Shown piece after piece: positions 15,947-25,323 of a stretch of DNA of 32,826 nt. Both the position numbers and the translations under genes were made by a program. Below the pieces are notes generated by a model, which made no database searches, had not been told where the DNA came from, and worked only from the letters and a program-made list of their open reading frames with translations. The first letter of the stretch is position 1. Each line of letters opens with the position of its first letter. Source of the stretch: a bacterium (GTDB lineage Bacteria; Hydrothermota; 32-111); assembly GCA_050239825.1 (NCBI GenBank), contig JBFXGO010000027.1, forward strand, positions 1-32,826, read 5' to 3'.

Positions 15947-18117
15947 TTTATCCTGACTATTTTTATCTGTTCTGAAGAGTTTTTAAATCTGAGAAAATAA
16001 ATCCCGACAGGAAGTTCTTTTAAATCAATTCTTCCTTCTGTTGTGTTCGATACAAAGGCGCGGCCTGAAATATCAGTAATCATGTATTCTCCGAAACCAT
16101 TATCATCTGTTGTAATGTAATCGGATGATGAGAAGAGAGTTTTGCCTTTCCATCTGTTTTTTATATCAACATCGAAGTGCGCAAGCTCGGTCTGTGAAGA
16201 ACCGAAGCCCATTATCTTGTAAGTCACAACACCCGAATAATCAGAAGGAAAAGTGTCGGTGAATACAATTGATAGAGTTGAACGGAGGGTTTTGACAGCG
16301 GTAAAGGATGTTTCATCCTTCATCTTTCTGAAAATTCTAATTGAAGAATAGCTGAAGTGGTTGGGAATATTCAAAGAGATGACAATCCTATTCTCATTTA
16401 AAACATACAGCGCATCAACCGCTGTTGTCATGGTATAGTCGAGAGAGTCGATTGAAAGCCAGTATGTCGTATTCAAAATGATAGCCCTGTCTATACCCTC
16501 ATTCCATCCGTCATAAAGCTTATCGCCTATTGCTCCAGTGCTGTCATCACAGGGAGAGGAATCCCCGGTGCCCGCAACCCTGCCGTTGTGTGAGCCGTAG
16601 AATGCCACTGAGAGCATGCTGTAGCTTGAATTGTAGATAGCCACCTCAAGAGCCGCCGCAGATTGCTGAATCATAGTTCCCGCATGAAAATTGTATGAAC
16701 CGCCGATGACCGAACCGAACGGACCGTTTACAATGGTATCATTTGAGGAGTTGTAGGATGTTGTAGAGACAGAGAGATTATTGTTGCCCTCTCCGACCTG
16801 ATAAAAATGCATGCCGAAATTATCGGACCCCAAAGCCTCCCACACTTGAGGCGAATCCCAGCCGTCTCCGTCCCTGTCTGATGAGTCATGGTCTGCAACC
16901 ATAAAAAGGCCGCCTCCGTTTGCCACATAATTGAAGATAGCGGTTGACTCTGCCGAGGTGAATGGGTTCTGAGGTTCGCACACAATATAAACATCATAAT
17001 TTTTCAGATCCATAGGGCGGGTTGTGCCGTAAGTTATCGGAGAATCGGGAGGAAGAGTGAAAACATCAAAGGTTATAGTGTCGCTTGCCGTGTTGGAATT
17101 GTAAATACGGGCGGTGTCCAGTTCAAAGCCCCACGAGGATATCCCTCCATACCAGTCATCTTCATAAGCAGGATTTGCAGGAAGAGGAACAGGCCAGTTT
17201 GTGTCTATTATCCAGTCCGCATTTCCCGCAGTCTGATTTTTTGTGTAATCGAAAAGAATTTTCTTCACCTTTGTCTGAGAGACTGCCGAGACAATGTATG
17301 AATTAGTGTCGGATACTGCTGTTAGTCCCTCGTCATCCTTTGCAGAGGCATAATACTGAACAGTCGAGTATGAAATCTGTCCGGGTATGGAATAGTATCT
17401 TGTATTTCCGGCTATCGAGTCTCTGAATACCCTCTGCCATGAACCTGAATTGACTCTGTAAAAGAGAGAATCATCAGCAACAGATACATTGTCGGTGATG
17501 TTGCATGATGCTGTAACCTTCTGAAGATTCAAAGGAATTGCGGGAGTGTGCGTTAGTGATGTGATAAGCGGAGGTGTATTAACAGCTCCTCCTCCGTCAT
17601 TGAATATTTCAATGAATTCATAAAGGTAATTTCCCGTGCCTGCTGTGTCTGCAATCTCGCTGATGACCAAACCTGCTCCAAAGCCGCAGTCAGCGAAATA
17701 ACCCGGGTTAGCCTGCGAAGAAGAGTAGTAAGTGAATGTCATAACATTGGACGAATCCCTCTGAATGCTTTTGGGAGTTGTCAACTGCGGAAGAGTAGTC
17801 GAATCTAAGAATGCGTCCGATGCATCATGAAGCGAGAATATCTCAGCTTCGTTCATCTGAGGAATAACCGGAATCACAGAATCAAGAAATATCACATTTG
17901 AACCGAGGGTTACACCCCAAAATGCCTCAAAATCAGCCTGCGTTTTGTTTCCTCTGCATATAACAAGAAAATACCCTTCCGGAAGAACCGTGTCGGGCAT
18001 TGTGTATGTGACGGATGAATTGTATTGGCGGAGTTTGTATCCTGCAAGGCTGACATCTGCCGGGTAGAGTATTCTCCATGATATTAAAAGAACAGCCAAA
18101 AACTTAATTATTTTCAT
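15943..18117 (-). CDS. Secreted multidomain protein: lamin-tail-like N-terminus, Ig-like domain, GATase-like domain, T9SS-type CTD
   Basis: LAGYKL...LPEGYFLVI and VISEI...YEFIEIFN (lamin-tail-like); ILFDYTKNQTAGNADW...YVANGGGLFMVADH; tail DISGR...LPVGIYFLR...KIVRIK. Confidence 0.6.
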   Translation of the reverse strand: MKIIKFLAVLLISWRILYPADVSLAGYKLRQYNSSVTYTMPDTVLPEGYFLVICRGNKTQADFEAFWGVTLGSNVIFLDSVIPVIPQMNEAEIFSLHDASDAFLDSTTLPQLTTPKSIQRDSSNVMTFTYYSSSQANPGYFADCGFGAGLVISEIADTAGTGNYLYEFIEIFNDGGGAVNTPPLITSLTHTPAIPLNLQKVTASCNITDNVSVADDSLFYRVNSGSWQRVFRDSIAGNTRYYSIPGQISYSTVQYYASAKDDEGLTAVSDTNSYIVSAVSQTKVKKILFDYTKNQTAGNADWIIDTNWPVPLPANPAYEDDWYGGISSWGFELDTARIYNSNTASDTITFDVFTLPPDSPITYGTTRPMDLKNYDVYIVCEPQNPFTSAESTAIFNYVANGGGLFMVADHDSSDRDGDGWDSPQVWEALGSDNFGMHFYQVGEGNNNLSVSTTSYNSSNDTIVNGPFGSVIGGSYNFHAGTMIQQSAAALEVAIYNSSYSMLSVAFYGSHNGRVAGTGDSSPCDDSTGAIGDKLYDGWNEGIDRAIILNTTYWLSIDSLDYTMTTAVDALYVLNENRIVISLNIPNHFSYSSIRIFRKMKDETSFTAVKTLRSTLSIVFTDTFPSDYSGVVTYKIMGFGSSQTELAHFDVDIKNRWKGKTLFSSSDYITTDDNGFGEYMITDISGRAFVSNTTEGRIDLKELPVGIYFLRFKNSSEQIKIVRIK

Positions 18118-18140
18118 TATTACTCCTTATATAACCTTTT

Positions 18141-18169
18141 ATTTTACCAAATTAAAGAAATAAAATCAA
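18141..18169 (-). promoter_or_regulatory. sigma70-type promoter with extended -10 for the minus-strand operon
   Basis: Minus strand: TTGATT, 17-nt spacer ending TGG, TAAAAT; RBS AAGGAG before ATG 18117. Confidence 0.6.
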
Positions 18170-18223
18170 GCTATACATTTTACAATCAAGGGAAACTCTA
18201 ACAGTATTGACTCTTTTTTATCA

Positions 18224-18252
18224 TTGATTTTTTGACAAAAATATATTATATT
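18224..18252 (+). promoter_or_regulatory. Candidate sigma70 promoter for the recombinase-uvrA operon
   Basis: TTGATT, 17-nt spacer, TATATT in an AT-rich divergent spacer; RBS TAAGGAG before ATG 18279. Confidence 0.4.
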
Positions 18253-18278
18253 AAAAAGATATGTAAATAAGGAGTTAT

Positions 18279-19136
18279 ATGGAAAGAACCGATGTCTATT
18301 TGTATTTAAGATTCACAGCAGACAAAAAAGAGAATCAGAGGATGGAACGTGAGGTAAATGCCTTTCTCTCGAAATTCAACAAGTATGTTGTGATAAAAAA
18401 ATTCACAGACAACCCGGACTCTGAAGATACGGGACTCATTGAACTGATGAATCTTCTCAGAATTGAGATGCGAGTAAAGAGGATAATAGCATATTCCCGG
18501 TCAAATGTTTCAAAAGACGAAATCTTTGTCATGTGGATAGAGAAGGAATTTTTCAAATATGACACTACTCTGAGGTTTATAACAGATGAATATTTTCAAT
18601 CAAACGAGCTTGAAGTTTTCAGAGAAAGGGTTATAGGAGCATTCGCGCGTTATGAGAAGGACAAACTTCCCAACAAACTGGCCGCTCACAGAGAGTACAA
18701 GTCATTCCGCTCCGGAGTGAAGGCAAGCGGAAACTGCCCTCTCGGATACAGATACTCAGGCAAGACCTCAAAGGACAAGACTATAATTGTCATAAAAAAT
18801 GAAGCAGAGCTTGTAAAACAGCTTTATGAAAAATACATTTCCCTGAAATCTCTCGGTCTCTTAAAAGAGTATTGCGACAATAACAACATTGTGTCAAGGA
18901 GAGGAAAAAAATTTTCCAGACAGGCTTTATACAATATCCTTGTAAATCAGTTTTACATCGGACTACTCTCATATAATCAATACAAGTACATTGGGATAAA
19001 GGGAAGTACAAGAAAACGCGCGATTTTGATTCAGGAGAGGCGCATTGTGGGCAAGCACGAAAGAATAATTCCAAAAGAGCTTTTTGAGCAGGTAAAGGCG
19101 CTTCTTGAGGAGAATAACAAGCATAAGAATGACTGA
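18279..19136 (+). CDS. Serine recombinase family protein with degenerate catalytic domain and intact recombinase DNA-binding domain
   Basis: YLYLRFT (cf. Y-RVS), AFARYEK helix E, GNCPLGYRY, EAELVKQLYEKY, SRRGKKFSRQALYNILVNQFYIG, GKHERIIPKELFEQVKALL. Confidence 0.8.
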   Translation: MERTDVYLYLRFTADKKENQRMEREVNAFLSKFNKYVVIKKFTDNPDSEDTGLIELMNLLRIEMRVKRIIAYSRSNVSKDEIFVMWIEKEFFKYDTTLRFITDEYFQSNELEVFRERVIGAFARYEKDKLPNKLAAHREYKSFRSGVKASGNCPLGYRYSGKTSKDKTIIVIKNEAELVKQLYEKYISLKSLGLLKEYCDNNNIVSRRGKKFSRQALYNILVNQFYIGLLSYNQYKYIGIKGSTRKRAILIQERRIVGKHERIIPKELFEQVKALLEENNKHKND

Positions 19137-19138
19137 GG

Positions 19139-21919
19139 ATGGATAAAATAATTGTTAGGGGAGCCCGCGTTCATAACCTAAAATCCGTGAACTGCGAGAT
19201 ACCAAAAAATAAATTTATTGTCGTATCCGGAGTAAGCGGGAGCGGAAAATCATCTTTTGCATTTGACACTCTCTACGCCGAGGGACAGAGAAGGTATGTA
19301 GAATCTCTCTCTTCATACGCGCGGCAGTTCCTCGGAGTGATTTCAAAACCCGAGGTTGATTTCATAGACGGACTCTCTCCTGCGATAGCTATAGAGCAGA
19401 GGTCAATATCAAAGAATCCCCGTTCGACCATAGGTACTGCAACTGAAATATATGATTATCTGAGAGTGCTGTACGCCAAGGCCGGAGATATAAAATGCCC
19501 AAACTGCGGAAGAGAAGTGAGAAAGATGTCTCTTGACGAGATAATCGCGGATGTGCTTCTTTTAAAAGGCGAACAGGCGACGATACTCTCTCCCGTAGTC
19601 AGGAGTAAAAAGGGCGAATTCAGGGATCTGATAAAGAAATTTGCAAAAAAGGGATTTACAAGGATTGTTATAGACGGTAAACATACAAAGACATCTGATG
19701 AAATTCAGATAGATAAGAACAAATCCCACTCCATAGAACTGGTCATTGACAGATTGACTGTGAATGATAATGCAAAGAGGAGGCTTACTCAATCTATAGA
19801 ACTTGCGCTTAAGGAGGCGGAGGGTCTCGTTTATGTTCAGACTTCAGGCGGAGAAAAAAGACTGTATAACGAGAGGCTTGCCTGTCCCGACTGTTCAATA
19901 TCATTTGATGATATTACTCCCCGTTCATTCTCCTTCAATTCTCCCTATGGAGCATGTCCCGATTGCCACGGACTTGGAACGATTATGGATGTTGACGAAG
20001 AGAGCGTCATAGCAAATGAGTCCCTTTCAATTCTTGAGGGCGCTATTTCTCCGTGGGGAGATCCGTCAAGAAGGCAAGACCTGGTAAAACTCTCCAAGAG
20101 AATGAAGTTTGACCTCAACACTCCTTATGCAAAACTGACACCTGAGGTTAGGGAGGTTGTTCTCAGGGGAGTCACTGAAGCTGATGAGGCGCGCTGGGGA
20201 ATAGATTTCAATTTCGAGAGCGTGCTTGATTATCTTAAAAGAATGTACATTTCTACTGAATCAGAATGGGTGCACTCGGAGGTTTCAAAATACACGGTTT
20301 TTGCAAAGTGCCGTTCATGCGGAGGTTCAAGACTGAAAAAAGAATCTCTCTCGGTATATGTCGGCGGCAAAAACATCAATGATACTGTTTCAATGGACAT
20401 ATCAACAGCCTACAATTGGTTTTCAAAAGAGATAAGGATTTCGAAGGAGAGAGAAAAGTATGCCAATGAACTCATATCGGACATTCTTAAGAAGCTCTCA
20501 TTTCTCAAGGATGTGGGGGTCGAGTATCTCACCCTTGACAGGTCTATGGAATCTCTCTCCGGCGGCGAAGCGCAGAGGGTCAGACTTGCGACGCAGATAG
20601 GTTCAGGACTCACAGATGTTCTCTATGTGCTTGATGAACCGTCAATCGGCCTTCATCAAAGAGATGTCGGGAGGCTCATAGGAACTTTGAAAAAATTGAG
20701 GGATAAAGGAAACAGCATTATAGTTGTCGAACATGACAGGCATTTTATGGATGAAGCGGATTACATCATTGATTTCGGACTGTACGCCGGAGAACAGGGC
20801 GGAGAGATTATCTATGCCGGAGATTCCGAACATCTTCTTAAAAGCGAAAGGTCTCTCACTGCGAAGTACCTCTCCGGAAAGGAAAAGATATTCATAGAAA
20901 AGGAAAAGAGAAAAAGGGAACCGGGCTATGAAGTTACTGTGAGAAATGCCACGGAGCATAACTTGAAGGGGATAGATGTATCAATACCTCTTGGTTTGTT
21001 TGTCTGCATAACAGGAGTGAGCGGCAGTGGGAAATCAACCCTTGTAAATGATATTCTTTACAGCGGCCTGAAGAAGCATTTTAGGTTAACACGCAAACAG
21101 CCGGGTTCCCATCAATCAATAGACAATATGCATCTGATAGACAAAGTAATTGATATTGACCAGACTCCGATTGGAAGAACGCCCCGTTCGAATCCCGCCA
21201 CCTATACAGGTCTCTTCACTCCGATACGGGAGCTATTTACGGAGCTCCAAGAGGCAAAGATAAGAGGGTACAAAGCAGGCAGATTTTCATTCAATGTGAA
21301 GGGGGGAAGGTGTGAGGCATGCGAGGGAGACGGTTACAAGAGAATAGAGATGTACTTTCTTCCGGATGTCTTTGTCACATGCGATGTGTGCCGCGGAAAA
21401 CGATTCAATGAGGAGACTCTTCAGGTCAAATTCAAAAACAAAAACATTGCAGAGGTGCTTGATATGTCGGTCGATGAGGCGTTGAAGCATTTTGAGGGTC
21501 TGCCGAAGATTGAAAATAAACTCAAGCTCTTGTCCGAAGTGGGACTCGGGTACATAAAACTCGGACAGCCTGCAACATCCCTATCGGGCGGTGAAGCGCA
21601 GAGAATTAAGCTGGCGAGAGAACTTTCGAAACAGGATACGGGAAGGACTCTTTACATTCTTGACGAACCGACCACAGGGCTTCATTTTCATGACACAAAA
21701 CTGCTTTTAAAGGTTCTTGACAGGCTTGTAAAAAAGGGTAATACTTTAGTGGTAATAGAACATAATCTTGATGTTATTCGGTTTGCTGACTGGATCATCG
21801 ATATGGGTCCCGAGGGCGGCGAGAAAGGCGGCGAAATAATTGTGCAGGGCACTCTTGAACAGGTCATCTCGTGCAGAGATTCTCACACGGGAAGATATTT
21901 GAAAAAAGAAACGATATAA
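19139..21919 (+). CDS. uvrA: Excinuclease ABC subunit A
   Basis: GARVHNLK, two GVSGSGKS Walker A motifs, LSGGEAQR twice, zinc-finger CxxC motifs. Confidence 0.99.
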   Translation: MDKIIVRGARVHNLKSVNCEIPKNKFIVVSGVSGSGKSSFAFDTLYAEGQRRYVESLSSYARQFLGVISKPEVDFIDGLSPAIAIEQRSISKNPRSTIGTATEIYDYLRVLYAKAGDIKCPNCGREVRKMSLDEIIADVLLLKGEQATILSPVVRSKKGEFRDLIKKFAKKGFTRIVIDGKHTKTSDEIQIDKNKSHSIELVIDRLTVNDNAKRRLTQSIELALKEAEGLVYVQTSGGEKRLYNERLACPDCSISFDDITPRSFSFNSPYGACPDCHGLGTIMDVDEESVIANESLSILEGAISPWGDPSRRQDLVKLSKRMKFDLNTPYAKLTPEVREVVLRGVTEADEARWGIDFNFESVLDYLKRMYISTESEWVHSEVSKYTVFAKCRSCGGSRLKKESLSVYVGGKNINDTVSMDISTAYNWFSKEIRISKEREKYANELISDILKKLSFLKDVGVEYLTLDRSMESLSGGEAQRVRLATQIGSGLTDVLYVLDEPSIGLHQRDVGRLIGTLKKLRDKGNSIIVVEHDRHFMDEADYIIDFGLYAGEQGGEIIYAGDSEHLLKSERSLTAKYLSGKEKIFIEKEKRKREPGYEVTVRNATEHNLKGIDVSIPLGLFVCITGVSGSGKSTLVNDILYSGLKKHFRLTRKQPGSHQSIDNMHLIDKVIDIDQTPIGRTPRSNPATYTGLFTPIRELFTELQEAKIRGYKAGRFSFNVKGGRCEACEGDGYKRIEMYFLPDVFVTCDVCRGKRFNEETLQVKFKNKNIAEVLDMSVDEALKHFEGLPKIENKLKLLSEVGLGYIKLGQPATSLSGGEAQRIKLARELSKQDTGRTLYILDEPTTGLHFHDTKLLLKVLDRLVKKGNTLVVIEHNLDVIRFADWIIDMGPEGGEKGGEIIVQGTLEQVISCRDSHTGRYLKKETI

Positions 21920-21928
21920 GGAGGTTAA

Positions 21929-22375
21929 ATGACTTCTGCTTTACTTTGGCTGATTGTGGCGGTAATATTCTTCATAATAGAAATTCTGACTCCTATATTT
22001 TTCTTCAGTCTCTTCTCCATCGCGGCTTTCATTGTATCTATTTTTGCATTTTTCTTTCCCAAGATGTTTTACATTCAGGGAATAATCTTCGCCGTACTGG
22101 CGTTCGTGCTTATTCTCTTTGTGAGAAAAATATTTCTGAAATATTTTGTGAAAGACGATAAAAATGGAGCAAAGTCAAATGCAGACTCAATGGTGGGAAG
22201 AAAATGCAGGGTGGTTGAGAGCATCGACAATTCAAAAGATGTTGGGGTTGTTGAAATTGACGGAGTAAGGTGGAGGTCTATTTCCGAAGAGAATGAAATA
22301 ATTGATGCGGGTCTGTTCGTCGAAATAGTCAGCGTCAACAGCGCCAAGCTCAGAGTGAGGAAATCCAATGTTTAA
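21929..22375 (+). CDS. NfeD family membrane protein (short form)
   Basis: WLIVAVIFFIIEIL membrane helices plus OB fold (MVGRKCRVVE, GVVEIDGVRWRS). Confidence 0.88.
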   Translation: MTSALLWLIVAVIFFIIEILTPIFFFSLFSIAAFIVSIFAFFFPKMFYIQGIIFAVLAFVLILFVRKIFLKYFVKDDKNGAKSNADSMVGRKCRVVESIDNSKDVGVVEIDGVRWRSISEENEIIDAGLFVEIVSVNSAKLRVRKSNV

Positions 22376-22775
22376 AAGATTCCTGATTATCTCTGCATCA
22401 TTGATACTCTTCTCATGCTCTCTTTTTGATCCGTCTGTTCTCAGCATAAGCGAAATTCTTGCAACGGATTCCTTCTATGCAGACTCAATAATCCTGCAGG
22501 ACGCGGGCGCCTATTCAATTTATCTTTCATCCGATTATCCGCTGGACATCTTCTTCTTTGACTCAAAGAGCGGCTTTGATGCCTTTAAGGATTCAGGTAT
22601 GCTATACTCCGAATACATTTACTATCCGCTCTCTTTTGCCAATGAAACCTATGTGGATGACCTCTTCAATACATTTGAAGAGGGAAAGACTCTTTACTTT
22701 GTGATTGACAATACAAGCAAAATAACACAAAGCAGCGGCAATGCTTACTATACAATCGAAATAAAAAAACTATAA
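22368..22775 (+). CDS. Hypothetical lipoprotein
   Basis: LFS-C lipobox; overlaps the upstream stop; 135 aa. Confidence 0.65.
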   Translation: MFKRFLIISASLILFSCSLFDPSVLSISEILATDSFYADSIILQDAGAYSIYLSSDYPLDIFFFDSKSGFDAFKDSGMLYSEYIYYPLSFANETYVDDLFNTFEEGKTLYFVIDNTSKITQSSGNAYYTIEIKKL

Positions 22776-22785
22776 AGGAGCAGTT

Positions 22786-23844
22786 GTGTCAGAAGTAGTA
22801 CTTAAAAATGTAGGAAAGATTTATCCCAATAAAGTCGAAGCGGTCAAGGATGTCTCTCTCACAATAGAGGATAAGGAGTTTGTAGTCTTCGTGGGACCCT
22901 CAGGATGCGGAAAATCAACGCTTCTTCGTTGCATCGCCGGTTTGGAGGAGGTTACATCCGGAGAGATAATAATTGAAAGGCAGGTGGTGAATGATGTCCA
23001 CCCCAAAGACCGCGACATAGCGATGGTATTTCAGAATTATGCTCTCTATCCCCACATGAATGTATATGACAATATCTCATTCGGCTTAAAAACCAGAGGT
23101 TATTCCAAAGAGGAGATAAAAGAGAGGGTGACGGACGCAGTGCGGATACTCGGCATTGAAGAGTATCTTAAAAGCAAGCCGCGCGAACTTTCCGGAGGAC
23201 AGAGACAGAGAGTAGCGATAGGAAGAGCCATAGTGAGGCACCCGAAGGTTTTTCTTTTTGATGAGCCATTATCAAATCTTGATGCAAAGATGAGGGTCTC
23301 AATGCGCTCCGAGATATCAAAGCTTCATAAGGCTCTCGGCGTTACAATGATTTATGTAACGCATGACCAAACAGAAGCAATGACAATGGGTGACAGAATA
23401 GTTGTGATAGATAAAGGGGAGATACGGCAGGTGGCTGACCCGAGAACTCTCTACTTCAAGCCGGACAATTTGTTCACTGCATCATTCATCGGGTCGCCCC
23501 AGATGAATCTTTTCAATGGAAAGACGGAAAAGAATATTTTCATTGGGAAAACCTTCACACTCTCATTCAACAAGAGCGTCCCGGACAGCAAATCAGCCGT
23601 AGTTGGAATCAGGCCTGAAGACATAACCCTTACAAATGGTCCTCTTGAATTGCAGGGCACCGTGGAGCTTGCTGAATCTCTGGGTGATGTGACATTCCTG
23701 CATATGAAAGTTGAAGACCAGCTGATAATTATAAAAACCACGGTTGAGAAGAGATTCTCAATCGGAGAGACGATATCATTCTTTCCAATTATTGAAAAAA
23801 TACACTTGTTCAATGCGGAGGATGGAAAACGGATAGGATTTTAG
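22786..23844 (+). CDS. Carbohydrate ABC transporter ATP-binding protein (MalK/UgpC/MsmX type)
   Basis: GPSGCGKST, MVFQNYALYPHM, LSGGQRQR, DEPLSNLDAK, C-terminal TOBE domain; GTG start after AAGGAG. Confidence 0.96.
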   Translation: MSEVVLKNVGKIYPNKVEAVKDVSLTIEDKEFVVFVGPSGCGKSTLLRCIAGLEEVTSGEIIIERQVVNDVHPKDRDIAMVFQNYALYPHMNVYDNISFGLKTRGYSKEEIKERVTDAVRILGIEEYLKSKPRELSGGQRQRVAIGRAIVRHPKVFLFDEPLSNLDAKMRVSMRSEISKLHKALGVTMIYVTHDQTEAMTMGDRIVVIDKGEIRQVADPRTLYFKPDNLFTASFIGSPQMNLFNGKTEKNIFIGKTFTLSFNKSVPDSKSAVVGIRPEDITLTNGPLELQGTVELAESLGDVTFLHMKVEDQLIIIKTTVEKRFSIGETISFFPIIEKIHLFNAEDGKRIGF

Positions 23845-24449
23845 CTATTGCACTCGCATCTCTTCTTCTGCTGGATCTAAAGGTTTTCATGCATTCATTG
23901 GTTTCGGAGCCGGTCTTTCTTATTCCGCTTTTGTCGTTCATATTCAAAATACCTATCACAAATGATGTCATAATAATCATTACAGTATTTCAAATTCTCT
24001 CTGCAGTCTCTCTTCAGATGGGTAAATTTGTGCCGCCCGAGTTCGCTGTCGGCGGAGTTTTGTCTTTCATTCTTTACTCTTTTGATTCAATATCTCTCTC
24101 TTACTCTCTGATTTTTGGCATTTTTGCATCTCTTCTCATGATACTTTTGTTTGAATTGAAGATCAGATTGAACAAGAGACTCGGGAGGGTTGTCGGATAT
24201 TTCCATGCGGTGATAATATCCCTGCTGGTCTCTTTCTTTCTGTACTTTACTGTCATCTTTCTCTTTTCGTCGGCGGCATCTCTTCTTTCAAATAATCTTC
24301 AATACACAAGCAGCATTGCGGTTTTCTCGCTTCTCGCGCTTCCATTTTTCTACGCTATAAGACTGAAGAGCAGAAATGAACCTGCCTATTTCATACTTGG
24401 GATAGCAGTCGGGGGGATGATAACATGGGCAAACATGTTTATTTTCTGA
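23829..24449 (+). CDS. Divergent mannose/fructose/sorbose-family PTS IIC-like membrane protein (start uncertain; ORF track gives 23889)
   Basis: Open frame from 23829 reads ...LASLLLLDLKVFMHSLVSEPV and later QMGKFVPPE, resembling IIC motifs; lies before IID/HPr/EI. Confidence 0.55.
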   Translation, partial: TDRILAIALASLLLLDLKVFMHSLVSEPVFLIPLLSFIFKIPITNDVIIIITVFQILSAVSLQMGKFVPPEFAVGGVLSFILYSFDSISLSYSLIFGIFASLLMILLFELKIRLNKRLGRVVGYFHAVIISLLVSFFLYFTVIFLFSSAASLLSNNLQYTSSIAVFSLLALPFFYAIRLKSRNEPAYFILGIAVGGMITWANMFIF

Positions 24450-25057
24450 AATCACTCTTTCTGCAGACCATTTTCTCAAAGGATGACATGCAGAGATACG
24501 GGTTCAGAAATTTGACTTCAGGAGAATTCGACGACCATATTAACACGAATCCCTTTTTTGCCGGAGTCATTGCCGGAATCATCAAAGATAATCCCCAAAA
24601 AAACCGCATTGTGAAATTCATTGCCCCGATAAGCGCAATGCTTGGCGATGATCTCTTCTGGAACCTTCTAAAACCCGTGACACTCTATGCCAGTCTCATT
24701 ATATTTTTAATTTTCAGAAATTGGACATTGGCGATACCGATAATTCTGTATAATCTTGTCACATTTATGTTAAGATTTAAAGGTTTTGAATACGGTCAGA
24801 AAAAGAGGAATAGCATCAAAAACCTTTACTCTGAATGGTACTTTAAAAAAACGCAGAAACCTCTGCATAAAGCCAAGGTGTTTTTATTCGGAGTTGTCTC
24901 TGTTTTCATAGCATTAATGCTCATTAACTACTTGCAAAAACATATTTTATATGCTATAATTTTAAGTTTGATATTGACTATGACCCTACTGTTGAAGAGC
25001 AGGGCATTTTTGATTATAGGCATGCTTCTTTTAATCTTGAATTTAGCGAGAGTATAA
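24425..25057 (+). CDS. Mannose-family PTS IID-like membrane protein (shortened)
   Basis: MQRYGF, NTNPFFAGVIAG, SAMLGDDLFWNLLKP, ILYNLV...GFEYG match IID motifs. Confidence 0.75.
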   Translation: MGKHVYFLKSLFLQTIFSKDDMQRYGFRNLTSGEFDDHINTNPFFAGVIAGIIKDNPQKNRIVKFIAPISAMLGDDLFWNLLKPVTLYASLIIFLIFRNWTLAIPIILYNLVTFMLRFKGFEYGQKKRNSIKNLYSEWYFKKTQKPLHKAKVFLFGVVSVFIALMLINYLQKHILYAIILSLILTMTLLLKSRAFLIIGMLLLILNLARV

Positions 25058-25323
25058 TGCTTGAAAAAGAAATAGTAGTAAAAAACAAGCTTGGAATTCA
25101 TGCCCGTCCGGCGGCTTTGTTAGTAAAGAATGCAGGTCAGTTTGAATCTAAAATAGAGATAAAGAGGGATGACCTGATAGTTGACGGCAAGTCAATAATG
25201 GGAGTTATGATGCTTGCCGCTGAGCAGGGAGCCACTCTTATCTTCTCTATAGACGGAACCGATGAAGAGAGAGCGATGAAAGCTATTTCTAAGCTGTTTG
25301 AAGAGAACTTTTATGAAGAATAA
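25057..25323 (+). CDS. ptsH: Phosphocarrier protein HPr
   Basis: GIHARPAA (His15) and DGKSIMGVMML (Ser46). Confidence 0.97.
   Translation: MLEKEIVVKNKLGIHARPAALLVKNAGQFESKIEIKRDDLIVDGKSIMGVMMLAAEQGATLIFSIDGTDEERAMKAISKLFEENFYEE

Noticed and set aside
18118..18278. LexA/SOS box upstream of the uvrA operon
   Set aside because: No CTGT-N8-ACAG or GAAC-N4-GTTC match seen; a lineage-specific box cannot be excluded.
18279..19136. Active integrase of the 1-12.6 kb island or of a prophage
   Set aside because: It is separated from the island by core genes, its catalytic motifs are degenerate, and no att-like repeats or phage genes were seen.
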